Source of the DNA: Macrostomum lignano
Lineage: Eukaryota
Assembly (NCBI GenBank): GCA_002269645.1
Contig: NIVC01000322.1
Location: forward strand, 1-64,000
Direction of reading: 5' to 3'
DNA: 64,000 nucleotides
The notes under the pieces: model-generated
The model's database searches: none
What the model was told of the DNA's origin: nothing
Seen by the model: only the letters and a program-made list of their open reading frames with translations
In this document: piece after piece, positions 23,670-42,214 of the stretch
How positions within the stretch are numbered: the stretch's first letter is position 1
Layout: every line of letters starts with the position of its first letter
Translations under genes and position numbers: made by a program

Positions 23670-26600
23670 ATGAACCTGCTCCCGGAGCTGAAGAGCGCCG
23701 CCATGGACGGCAGAGTCGGCAAGGTGCGGCAGTTTCTACGGAGCAGCGTCAGTCCGGACGTCGCTGACGACCGGCAGCGGACGGCGCTGCACTGGGCAGC
23801 CGAGCGAGGCCAGTCCAGGGTGGCGAGGCTTCTCATCGAGGCCGGAGCTCAGCTGGACGCTCAGGACAGCAGCGGGGCGACCGCTCTGCACCTGGCCTCG
23901 ATGCACGGCCACCGGGATGCGGTCCGGCTGCTGCTCGAGTCCGAGGCCGACACCAGCCTGGTGACGAAGTCCAGCTCCTCGGCGCTGCACCTCGCCTCGC
24001 GGAACGGCCACCTCGAAGTAGTGCAGCTGCTGAGCCGGCAAGCCGACTGCGACCAGCAGCTTGCAGACGGAGACTCGCCGGTGCACCTGGCTGCTCAGCT
24101 CAGGCAGCAGCTCGTGCTCGCTGCTCTGCTGCTGGCAGCCGCGGATCCGAGCGCCAGGAATGCGCGCGGCCAGACCCCGCTGCACTCCGCGGCTCTCCAC
24201 GGCCAGCGGGCCGCCATTGAGCTGCTCGTCCGGGCGGGAGTCGCCGCCGACTCGCTGGCCTGCGACGGGTCGACGCCGCTGCACGCTGCGGCAGCGATGG
24301 GGCACGAGGCCGCTTCCCAGACTCTGCTGCAGCTCGGCTGCGGGCTCGGTGACCTCAACAAGGACGGGCTCAGCCCCGCTGCCATCGCCTGTCGCTTCGG
24401 ACATCGCGAGGTCTTGCATCTGCTGCTCAAGAATGCGACTCACGCCAGAGAGCTCGGAATCCGGCACGAAGGAACAAATAGACGGCTGCAGCAGCTGATT
24501 TATGATCGTCTTATCATTGAACCTCGAGCTCATAGACTGTCGCTCAGGTCGTCTGCATTCGATGAGAGGTTGGAAGCTCGTAAATCTTGTTTTACTCATA
24601 TTTATGTTAATCATTTTTGAAATGCCGATTTCCTGTTACACAGAAGCGAGCAGGAAGCTGACAGCATGCGCGACGACGAGCATCTAATCGAAGTCGAACC
24701 AGAAGACGACGGCTTCCCAGCGTGTCAAGAGAGCAGCACTAAGCTGCACAAAGCACTGAAAGATTGCGGTTTTGTTCTGAACCGAGTCAAGCTGCAATCT
24801 GCGTGCTCGGATGCTTTGCAGCATATCGTTAGAAAGCGACTGGACGCAGATGAGTACAAGGACTACCAAGTGTACATCGTCGGGAGCTACAGTGACGGCT
24901 GGTCCAACAGCCTGGTTCGACTGGACGGTCAAACTGACGCAGACTCCGACATCGACGTCTGCCTCATAGCGATCGGCATGCTGTTCCATATCAAAGGCAG
25001 CTGCAGCTGCATCAACTGTTCATTTTTTGGAGAACGTCACGCTGAAGTGGAGTATGAGAACGGTCACGTCAAATGGGGCGAATCGCGTAAGCAAATTTAC
25101 AATATTTTCGGTTTAGCGTTGCCAGAGAGTTTGCATAACGAATGCCTAAAACCTTCACTGCAGCTTCGAATCCGTCGCAGCGGTGGGCCGGATCTGACGA
25201 GAGACCGGCAGTGGATCTGGTTTGGGCCTTTCGCTGCTGTTGCTATCCAAGAATCGAAGTGCTGCAGCCAGGGTACAAAACTTGCATTGCTCCATCAGTG
25301 CTGCAGAGCCTGAGGCAGGAGATGCTGGAGTCTCCCTGTCACCTGGTGTCGGCGGCTCCACCTGGCAAGGACGGACAACAGCTGAGGGTCAGCACCACCT
25401 TTCTGGAGCGAAGGCTGCTCAGAAGCCTCACAATCGAACAGGGACACGTGTTCCTGCTCATCAAGTTCATCATTAAGAAGGTGATTGCAGCTCGCGTGAG
25501 TGGACTGAAGACCTACATTGCCAAGACCCTGATGTTCCAGCTGCTGGATGAAACGCCCGCAGTGGACTGGCACAGTAGCCTTCTAATCCAGTTAGCGAGA
25601 AGGGCACTGCTCATGCTGTTGAACTCATTGAGAGACACACCAGATCCGCGTAAATGCATGAGACACTTCTTTCTCAAAGACGCTTGGGTTTATCTGAAGA
25701 AACATCACGATGAGAAGGAAGTCATTGCGCTCGCGGTACGTAACGTAGTCGATCATCTCCCAGAAATTGTCTCGCAATACGAAAGAGTTCTGTCGCCTTT
25801 AGTGCAGGACAAAAGTTTTAATTTTCACCCGTTCCTGGTGCTGCCAATCCTGAATCCGAGGCCCGTGCCGCTGTCTTCAAGGCTGCAGTTCCACGACGTC
25901 TACGATGCGATCCGATCAATTTTATTGAAGCTCAATCTCGGACGCTACCTGCTGGAGGACAAACACGAGATGCTGAAGTTGGCAAGAAGAATTCCGGAGT
26001 ACGCTCGCTCTGCAAAATATTCGCTGATTGCGTTGATTTACTTGAAGTTCGGCAAGCTGTACGCAGCGCGAAGGGTGCTGCACTCGTGTCGATATCATCA
26101 GGTTAGCCGAGTTCTGCCCCGCTTGCGTGAGCAAGTGACTGATGCAGATGCGGAACTGGCGGTGTGGGAGCACTTGGAAGGGGTCAGCTCCATTTGGAAG
26201 CTCCTGATTCAATCTGACAAGCCTTTGGCTTTCGACTTCCTGCCAGACAGGTTAAAAGATTTTGTCTCGCTGAGCTCTGGTCAGTTTGACTGGTACTATG
26301 TGAACTTTGATGCGCTGCTCAAAAACCTGAGCATCTGGTTAGACTACGACGTCGACTTGGAGCTTTGGTTCGAAGACAACCTTCGACGCGCCAGACTTGA
26401 CGTTCAAGAGCTGCTTGTGACGCTGGAACTTTGCAATGATGACGAACATTCTTGTCCGACTGATTCACAAGCATCGGACATTAGTTTGCGGCCATCAGGA
26501 GACGAGACAGAAGGCTGAAGAGCTGATGCAGCGATTGGTAAGTGATCCTGTTTTGCGGAAATTTCAAAATTTGTGCCAGTTAGTTCTGTACTTACAGGTA

Positions 26601-27581
26601 CCTTGACTCCACCCACCAGGTCCAGTTAAAAAATCTCTGTAATTTGAGTAGCAGGTAACATCAAAGTAACATCTTTGCTAAGAGAGGTTGACAACAAATC
26701 AACCCATTGGGCTTGTCACTAAGGTCCACGAAAATCGAATGGTATTTACTATTATATTGAACATTTGGTTGTAGGCAGAACCCCATGGTAAGATGTATTT
26801 GTGTAGGAGATAGTATCTGCTCTATAGTCACAGCAAACCAAATAAAGATAATGAAACTATACATTTGCAAGAGGTTGTACGCGATTGAAAGATCGGAGGC
26901 GGGGGTTCGATTCTCGACCCAATCGGAAAAAATCTGTGTCCTTGAGCAAGACACTTAAAACTCTTGCATTGCTTCCGTTCTCCCAGCTGTAAAACGGGTA
27001 AAATTTAAATTGAGTGTGAGTGTTGTAATACCTAGCCTAGCAACTATCATTTACCCAATGCTTTTCAGCCATCACTGGCTGAAAAAAGCTCACAAAGGAC
27101 TGTGCAAGCCCTGGCTTCTACCGTAGCAGATCCCGACTGTCTCGATGAGAGAGCTGATGAAGAACCGGCAGCAAATTCAAGCTTGGTGAAGTTGCTCACC
27201 TGTTTCTCCCTGTCGCTGCTGATCTCGCTGGCAAAGCGGTCGAGACGCCGCGGATTCCGCGCGGTGTCTGAGGCGTTCCTTGAGGCAGCAATGCGGAAGC
27301 GAGCGGCCCGTCGGATTCGGGGCAGCATTTTGGGGATTTATTTCTTTGCTAAGATTGCAATATTAAGCTCGGTGTTTGTGTTTTTACTGTTACTCCTGCT
27401 CATGGTTGCCACTGGTTATATAAAGGACTCTGAGCTGGCCTCGACCATGACCTATGTGGCTATCCTGGTCATCATGATGGCCATGTTTGTGCCGGCTTGT
27501 TTGATGTGCGTCGACGCTTCCAGATCTGTTAATCGCACGGTTGAAGCTGTGGACTCTGGCTATGAAGAGCGAGCTGGATAG
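23670..27581 (+). CDS. Ankyrin-repeat (8x) + cGAS-like/Mab-21 nucleotidyltransferase (cGLR), copy 2, with predicted C-terminal transmembrane exon; one +1 frameshift near 26450
   Basis: Exons 23670-24568, 24644-25086, 25164-26537, 27069-27581. Introns: GTTGGA..ACACAG (75 nt, phase 2), GTAAGC..CTGCAG (77 nt, phase 1), GTAAGT..TTTTCAG (531 nt, phase 0). Motifs VGSYSDGW...SDIDVCLI, PAVDLVW, CHLVSAAPP..QLRVSTTFLERRL, LKTYIAKTLMFQLL. After removing 1 nt at ~26450 the frame reads LVRLIHK, as in copy 1. Confidence 0.85.
26860..27000 (+). mobile_element. tRNA-derived SINE fragment in cGLR copy 2 intron 3
   Basis: B-box GGTTCGATTC (26904-26913) followed by TGTGTCCTTGAGCAAGACACTTAA and CCCAGCTGTAAAACGGGTA, which resemble the conserved central domain of widespread metazoan SINEs. 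Confidence 0.6.
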
Positions 27582-27831
27582 TTGTGCTCAATGTTGCGGA
27601 GGGAATATCCTAGGGACAACGTACAAGCAATCTGAATCGCTTACTAATAAATCTCTAGATTATTGAAAAGTTGCATGCAAGGTTAGCGAATTTTAAAGTA
27701 CTTTTACCTGTGACACTGTTCACCTGTGCATGCGATTTTGTGGAAAATATATGCAGAGTGAACATTTTTGTTTGAATGCATCCGCCACGTTTCTCGCTAC
27801 ATAAACGGTAAATCGATATTGCTCCTGATTT

Positions 27832-30476
27832 CAGTGCACTTACGTCTCATCTGACACATCTCACCTGTACTAACTGCACTTCATCTGACACATCTTACCT
27901 GTACTTGCTGTACCTCATCTGACACATCTCACCTGTACTAACTGCACCTCATCTGACACATCTTACCTGTACTTGCTGTACCTCATCTGACACATCTCAC
28001 CTGTACTAACTGCACTTCATCTGACACATCTTACCTGTACTTGCTGTACCTCATCTGACACATCTTACCTGTACTAACTGCACCTCATCTGACACATCTT
28101 ACCTGTACTTGCTGTACCTCATCTGACACATCTTACCTGTACTAACTGCACCTCATCTGACACATCTTACCTGTACTAACTGCACTTCATCTGACACATC
28201 TTACCTGTACTTGCTGTACCTCATCTGACACATCTTACCTGTACTAACTGCACTTCATCTGACACATCTTACCTGTACTTGCTGTACCTCATCTGACACA
28301 TCTTACCTGTACTTGCTGTACCTCATCTGACACATCTCACCTGTACTAACTGCACTTCATCTGACACATCTTACCTGTACTAACTGCACCTCATCTGACA
28401 CATCTCACCTGTACTAACTGCACTTCATCTGACACATCTTACCTGTACTTGCTGTACCTCATCTGACACATCTTACCTGTACTTGCTGTACCTCATCTGA
28501 CACATCTTACCTGTACTTGCTGTACCTCATCTGACACATCTTACCTGTACTTGCTGTACCTCATCTGACACATCTTACCTGTACTTGCTGTACCTCATCT
28601 GACACATCTTACCTGTACTTGCTGTACCTCATCTGACACATCTTACCTGTACTTGCTGTACCTCATCTGACACATCTCACCTGTACTAACTGCACCTCAT
28701 CTGACACATCTTACCTGTACTTGCTGTACCTCATCTGACACATCTCACCTGTACTAACTGCACTTCATCTGACACATCTTACCTGTACTTGCTGTACCTC
28801 ATCTGACACATCTTACCTGTACTAACTGCACCTCATCTGACACATCTTACCTGTACTTGCTGTACCTCATCTGACACATCTTACCTGTACTAACTGCACC
28901 TCATCTGACACATCTTACCTGTACTAACTGCACTTCATCTGACACATCTTACCTGTACTTGCTGTACCTCATCTGACACATCTCACCTGTACTAACTGCA
29001 CTTCATCTGACACATCTTACCTGTACTTGCTGTACCTTATCTGACACATCTTACCTGTACTTGCTGTACCTCATCTGACACATCTTACCTGTACTTGCTG
29101 TACCTCATCTGACACATATTACCTGTACTTGCTGTACCTCATCTGACACATCTCACCTGTACTAACTGCACTTCATCTGACACATCTTACCTGTACTTGC
29201 TGTACCTCATCTGACACATCTTACCTGTACTTGCTGTACCTCATCTGACACATCTTACCTGTACTTGCTGTACCTCATCTGACACATCTTACCTGTACTT
29301 GCTGTACCTCATCTGACACATCTTACCTGTACTTGCTGTACCTCATCTGACACATCTTACCTGTACTTGCTGTACCTCATCTGACACATCTTACCTGTAC
29401 TTGCTGTACCTCATCTGACACATCTTACCTGTACTTGCTGTACCTCATCTGACACATCTCACCTGTACTAACTGCACTTCATCTGACACATCTTACCTGT
29501 ACTTGCTGTACCTCATCTGACACATCTTACCTGTACTTGCTGTACCTCATCTGACACATCTTACCTGTACTTGCTGTACCTCATCTGACACATCTTACCT
29601 GTACTTGCTGTACCTCATCTGACACATCTTACCTGTACTTGCTGTACCTCATCTGACACATCTTACCTGTACTTGCTGTACCTCATCTGACACATCTTAC
29701 CTGTACTTGCTGTACCTCATCTGACACATCTTACCTGTACTTGCTGTACCTCATCTGACACATCTTACCTGTACTTGCTGTACCTCATTTGACACATCTT
29801 ACCTGTACTTGCTGTACCTCATCTGACACATCTTACCTGTACTTGCTGTACCTCATCTGACACATCTTACCTGTACTTGCTGTACCTCATCTGACACATA
29901 TTACCTGTACTTGCTGTACCTCATCTTACACATCTCACCTGTACTAACTGCACTTCATCTGACACATCTTACCTGTACTTGCTGTACCTCATTTGACACA
30001 TCTTACCTGTACTTGCTGTACCTCATCTGACACATCTTACCTGTACTTGCTGTACCTCATCTGACACATCTTACCTGTACTTGCTGTACCTCATCTGACA
30101 CATCTTACCTGTACTTGCTGTACCTCATCTGACACATCTTACCTGTACTTGCTGTACCTCATCTGACACATCTTACCTGTACTTGCTGTACCTCATCTGA
30201 CACATCTTACCTGTACTTGCTGTACCTCATCTGACACATCTTACCTGTACTTGCTGTACCTCATCTGACACATCTTACCTGTACTTGCTGTACCTCATCT
30301 GACACATCTTACCTGTACTTGCTGTACCTCATTTGACACATCTTACCTGTACTTGCTGTACCTCATCTGACACATCTTACCTGTACTTGCTGTACCTCAT
30401 CTGACACATCTTACCTGTACTTGCTGTACCTCATCTGACACATCTTACCTGTACTTGCTGTACCTCATTTGACACA
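27832..30476. repeat. 34-bp minisatellite, ~78 copies, two main variants
   Basis: TCATCTGACACATCTTACCTGTACTTGCTGTACC / TCATCTGACACATCTCACCTGTACTAACTGCACT. Confidence 0.97.
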
Positions 30477-30959
30477 TGGAAAAGCAAAAGCTATCATAGT
30501 TAATTACAGATTTCAGACTGAATTACCTGTTCCAGCCAATTTCATCGGATAAACACAATTATCCATCCCAATGCGAGCCGTTATATTTCATGCTTTTTTC
30601 AAAATGATAGAAAAATGCAATTAAAGTGCTTTACAGTAGAGCATTAAGTAAATTAACACTAAAACTTTGGTTAAAGTGTCAAAAAGTATTTTAGCTCAAT
30701 TCAATCCAGTCAAAACATGAGTTGCGGTTAATTTTTTTGATTTTGGATACAAGTACGGAAATTAAATCTTTGCATAAATATTGAGTAAACTGCACTCACC
30801 AGAGAAGATTAGAGTAATTTTTTTAAAAAGATTTGAAAACTGTTTTATAATCGTGTCAGCAATGAATGATTGTTAACTAATTAATGAAAAGTAGTCATGT
30901 TGAAATAAACAGTCAGAATTCCTGCCGCACAGCAGCTGATCTTGTTGGAAATATCGATT

Positions 30960-31912
30960 GAGTCTAGGTCAAGCGGGTCAGGGATCGGGTGGGTCAGGGA
31001 TCAAGTGGGTCAGGGATCGGGTGGGTCAGGGGTCAAGCGGGTCAGGGATCGGGTGGGTCAGGGATCAAGTGGGTCAGGGATCGAGTGGGTCAGGGATCGA
31101 GTGGGTCAGGGATCAAGTGGGTCAGGGATCGAGTGGGTCAGGCATCAAGTGGGTCAGGGATAAAGTGGGTCAGGAATCAAGTGGGTCAGGGGTCAAGTGG
31201 GTCAGGGGTCAAGTGGGTCAGGGATCAAGTGGGTCAGGGGTCAAGTGGGTCAGGGGTCAAGTGGGTCGGGATCAAGTGGGTCAGGGATCAAGTGGATCAG
31301 GGATCAAGTGGATCAGGGATCAAGAGGGTCAGTCAGGGATCAAGAGGGTCAGGGATCAAGTGGGTCATTCAGGGATCAAGTGGGTCAGTCAGGGATCAAG
31401 AGGGTCAGGGATCAAGAGGGTCAGGGATCAAGAGTATCAGTCAGGGATCAAGTGGGTCAGTCAGGGATCAAGAGGGTCAGGGATCAAGAGGGTCAGGGAT
31501 CAAGAGGATCAGTCAGGGATCAAGTGGGTCAGTCAGGGATCAAGTGGGTCAGGGATCAAGTGGGTCAGGGATCAAGTGGGTCAGGGGTCAAGTGGGTCAG
31601 GGATCAAGTGGGTTCGGGATCAAGTGGGTCAGGGATCAAGTGGATCAGGGATCAAGAGGGTCAGTCAGGGATCAAGAGGGTCAGGGATCAAGTGGGTCAT
31701 TCAGGAATCAAGTGGGTCAGTCAGGGATCAAGAGGGTCAGGGATCAAGAGGGTCAGGGATCAAGAGGGTCAGGGATCAAGAGGGTCAGGGATCAAGAGGA
31801 TCAGTCAGGGATCAAGAGGGTCAGGGATCAAGAGTATCAGTCAGGGATCAAGTGGGTCAGTCAGGGATCAAGTGGGTCAGGGATCAAGTGGGTCAGGGAT
31901 CAAGTGGGTCAA
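30960..31912. repeat. 16-bp G-rich minisatellite
   Basis: (GGGTCAGGGATCAAGT)n with variants. Confidence 0.95.
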
Positions 31913-32152
31913 AGATCTTTGAATCAAAGTCGCCAGTAACAATTATGCTTTTTACGAGCATGCAATTCAGTAAAAACCGAGTCAATAAACGAGCGTAACT
32001 ACCAGTGGCCGAGGAAGATAGGAGAGCAATGACCTCAGTGATATCAGCCATAAAAATCTGCCCCATACCGGCTTCGGCAGAAACCAAACTATCAGTAAAT
32101 AATAACTCTTTGCTGCATTAGTTTTGGTTGGTTTAAAGTGAATTTGAGGTCA

Positions 32153-38797
<6,645 letters not shown>

Positions 38798-41734
38798 GGA
38801 AGAACTTCTACCCGAGTGCATTCTGTCTGCTGATTGATTTCCTATTAAAATAGACTTTGATTTGAAATCGCATAAATGGAAAAAAAATACAATAAAATAT
38901 TTCAGACATTACCAGAGAAATAACATTCTTATTATATAAGGCCAACTACTAAATCCATAATTTTCTCTTAATGTTGTCATATTTTAAACAGTAATTTTTA
39001 CAAGTATCTAAACATATTTCTGTTAGGACTAGACGCGTAACACATTTAAAATTAATATGCAAAGGAAAATTAGAGTTGAAATCTATCAATAGCTGTTTTT
39101 AGCTTTGCTTCTGAATGGATGGTTAATTTCATTGAAAAATCTAGACATTTGTTTTTTCCACTGAATAAAAAAGGAAAAAATGCAGAAATCTTTTCAACCT
39201 AAATCCAGAATAGCTTTTAGTTAGGATTTTTCTTAATACTAATACGTATAAAAATGCATGATTTACTAAAGCTGAATGCCTCGCTCATGTCTAACACTGT
39301 GTGTCTAAAATTGAGGAAAGCGGTCAGTACCAACTGGGCATGTCGGCATAAACAGGAATATTTCTGGCAATTCTAAATGTTGAGGAAGCGCGACTATGCT
39401 ATAATAAAATCTAATTAACGTACTAGTAAGTCTTCATTTAAACTACAAAGCAATATGTTTGTAAGTCTAATAACTGCCTATATTTAAGAAAGACAACTTT
39501 GGTAGCATTTACCAGTAATTTGATTTAATGGGTAGACTCCAAGCAGAGCGCATTTTTAAATGATCTATTGTTTCCACGAAAACTCTTTGAAATATCGCGC
39601 TCTGCAGATGCAGGGATTCCCCGAGCGATATTCAAGATCGATATTCGGAACATTCGGAACGATATAACTTATTTAAAGCAAACTTAGCCTTTATTATATT
39701 TATCTTAGCATGTAGTACAGTGCAGCCATTTTTTATTTCTTAGTGGCTCAAAAACTTTGAGCAACCGTCTCTATTTTAAGTACATTACGTTTTTTGCTAT
39801 TACCTATTAGTAATATTGCAATAGGACAATTATTTAGACAGTTGGTCTTTATCGCTCCGTCTGAGTGGCGGCTATGTTTAAAAATCGCAAAAGACTTTTT
39901 GTTTTAAAAATAGAACGTACTATCATTATGCCAGCTAAACTACTTGCTATCGAGTATATCATATTCGATATGCTACTAAGTGTTACCTTGGCTTTTTTCC
40001 TAGAGCTGGGGCTATTTTATCATATCAATATTGTTATCATTAAAATCTTTTTAATTAAAAAGATTATTATTTCTGTTAATGTTTAAAATCTAGGGTCTAG
40101 AGATCTAGAGAGATCTAGAGATCTAGAGTCTATTTTCTAATGCTTAAAATCAAATAAATAGCTATTATAAAAATTGTTTTGCATTATAGTATTAATGATC
40201 AGACTTATGTTTTATTAATTGAAATCTATTTAATATAAAAACTTATTCCATAAATAGCTAATAAAATTTATGGATTAATGTAGACATTTAAATTTCTTTT
40301 TAAAAACTAATTTCTTAGAAAATGTAGGTAATCTTTAGCCTATCGAGATTAGGATAAGATTGGTTAAGAAATAATATTAAGATATTAACAGATTATATTG
40401 TTTGATTTTCTGTTTGAAATTGAAACTTTTAGTAACAATTTAATGCTGAAATTTACTTTGTTATTTAGGAAATTGACCATTGTTCACCTTCATTGTAATA
40501 TTTTCATTAAGGTTTTCATTTTAATTTATTTTCCTAAATATTTTATCTTAATGCCAGGAGAAAAAATTTTCTCAATTCAATAAAAATCTCTGTAAAAGTT
40601 TCTTGAACTATAAGCTATTTCAAGCATATTGTATATAGCTCTAAAGAGGCAAATTGTTATTTATCTCATTGATACCTAAAGATAACAAGAATGCTTTATA
40701 TGGATATAAATCAATGGTTAAATAGGGTATATATGCCTTGAAATCTCTCATATATGTATATACTCATTACATCCTATGCCTTAGGGACATAATTGTGAAT
40801 TATATCTCAAAAGCATATCAGAACTCATTCACCGCCAGACTGAATTTGTGAACTTCTTGGCATGACCTGCAACCACTCAGCCCTTCTGTATTTTAGCTAG
40901 AGGACCCCACTTCGATGCCCATGTTTTTTGGGCTCATTACTAATGCTAATAATTACAGGAAGGATGCTGGGACACCCTGGTGCAATGCGTTTGGCGACAT
41001 TGTCTCACAACCAGAGCGCTGAGGCAATTCCGATGCATGCACATGCTCACAGAGGGTGTGCAGCAGCCCTTTGACTTTCCAGAACCGTGTCACCCCCTTT
41101 GGGCCAAGTTATCATGCACAAGTCCCAAATTAATGTAGCCACCCTGCACAAAATCAAAACATGGCGTCGCATGTGGCGCGAGTTCTTGAGACAGCCACAG
41201 TTTGCTTGCATGTGTGCCGTCCCGCCTAAGCCACTGAAAGGAAGGGTTGGTTATAACGAGAAACGATGATTTATTAATGTTGCATAAAATCAGGAGAACT
41301 GGGCGCGCGTGCTGCAGCAAGTTGTTTTTAGGCTAACCTACCCAGCTATAGCAGAGCAAATATTAGAATTCAAGGCTGCCTTGGAGAGTGTCCAGAATCA
41401 GAATAAAAGAAGTATTGAGGACAAGTTGCTATGCAAACACATGTTCCCTGTGTCTCCCTATGCCTGCTTCACTTCTATGCATTATCAGTGTAGACATATG
41501 CAAACTGTCTTGTATTACTAATCAGTACCGTGTTGTATTACTAATTGCCATATGATCGATATAGGCATCTGTGTAGCCGTATGCGTATTAAATTTGAGCC
41601 CCAACCCGATCTATTGAGCCTATTGATAAGATATTTGCTTTCACTAATTATACTTGGGCGATTTCTGCTGTATGAAGAGGTCTGTATCTTGATTCCCGAT
41701 CCCACTAAAACAATTTGTGTCCTTGTGCAAAACA

Positions 41735-41805
41735 CTAAACTCTGCATTGCTTCAGTTCACCCAGCTGTAAAAAGGGTGCCAGCATTAGCTGGGGTAATTG
41801 AGGGT
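41735..41805 (+). mobile_element. SINE central-domain fragment related to the one at 26860-27000
   Basis: CTCTGCATTGCTTCAGTTCACCCAGCTGTAAAAAGGGT resembles CTCTTGCATTGCTTCCGTTCTCCCAGCTGTAAAACGGGT at ~26960-27000. Confidence 0.5.
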
Positions 41806-42214
41806 GTGTCTGGCGACCCCCCAGTCCTTGGAGAGTCGGCGCAATTGACCGAATTCAAGATTGAAGTTGTTGAAGATTTTATCAAAACCAATTTCAGATT
41901 TCAGGGATTCAGCAGTCTTATTCAACTTCAATAAATTCCTTAATTCAGTGTTGCAAAGGGAGAGCTTGTTTTGACAAGATTTAAATGCATCAATTGAGGC
42001 TTTTGTCCTTGTGAATTTATCTAGCAAATCTCATTGTAATCTGCCTTTAGTCTCTGTAGTAATTATAATCACCCAGATTTAAATGCAGCCTTTTTATAAT
42101 CTTACCTTTGTATCTGGTAATTAAAATCTGTACTCGTTATTGGAGAAGCAGTTTCTCCTGATTGCTTATTTGTTTTGATAAGATATTTGATGAGTCTGGT
42201 TCGACTGGGTCAGA

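Noticed and set aside
2078-25313. Programmed ribosomal frameshifting or stop read-through linking the ANK, NTase and Mab-21 ORFs
   Set aside because: The breaks shared by both paralogs are explained by GT-AG introns of conserved phase; the remaining 1-nt shifts are at different positions in each copy and lack slippery heptamers.
26860-26920. tRNA gene suggested by a GGTTCGATTC B-box
   Set aside because: No cloverleaf or acceptor stem; it is followed by SINE-type body sequence.
27102-27581. TM ORF as a stand-alone STING or CBASS-like effector gene
   Set aside because: It has no upstream in-frame ATG (GTG start, in-frame stop at 27033), it has a phase-matched acceptor, and it shows no STING cyclic-dinucleotide-binding motifs. 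It is better explained as the last exon of cGLR copy 2.
528-27581. Recent bacterial horizontal transfer or contamination (CD-NTase operon)
   Set aside because: Conserved spliceosomal introns, animal-type Mab-21 C-terminal helices and flanking animal genes argue against it.
21068-30476. CRISPR-like appearance of regular 20-34-bp repeats
   Set aside because: Repeats are head-to-tail with no unique spacers, there are no cas genes, and the context is eukaryotic.
39000-42200. Short ORFs and GC-richer patches between CAPS2 and tubby (39865, 40398, 41087-42027)
   Set aside because: No recognisable domains or consistent splice pattern; probably decayed repeats or UTR and promoter sequence.
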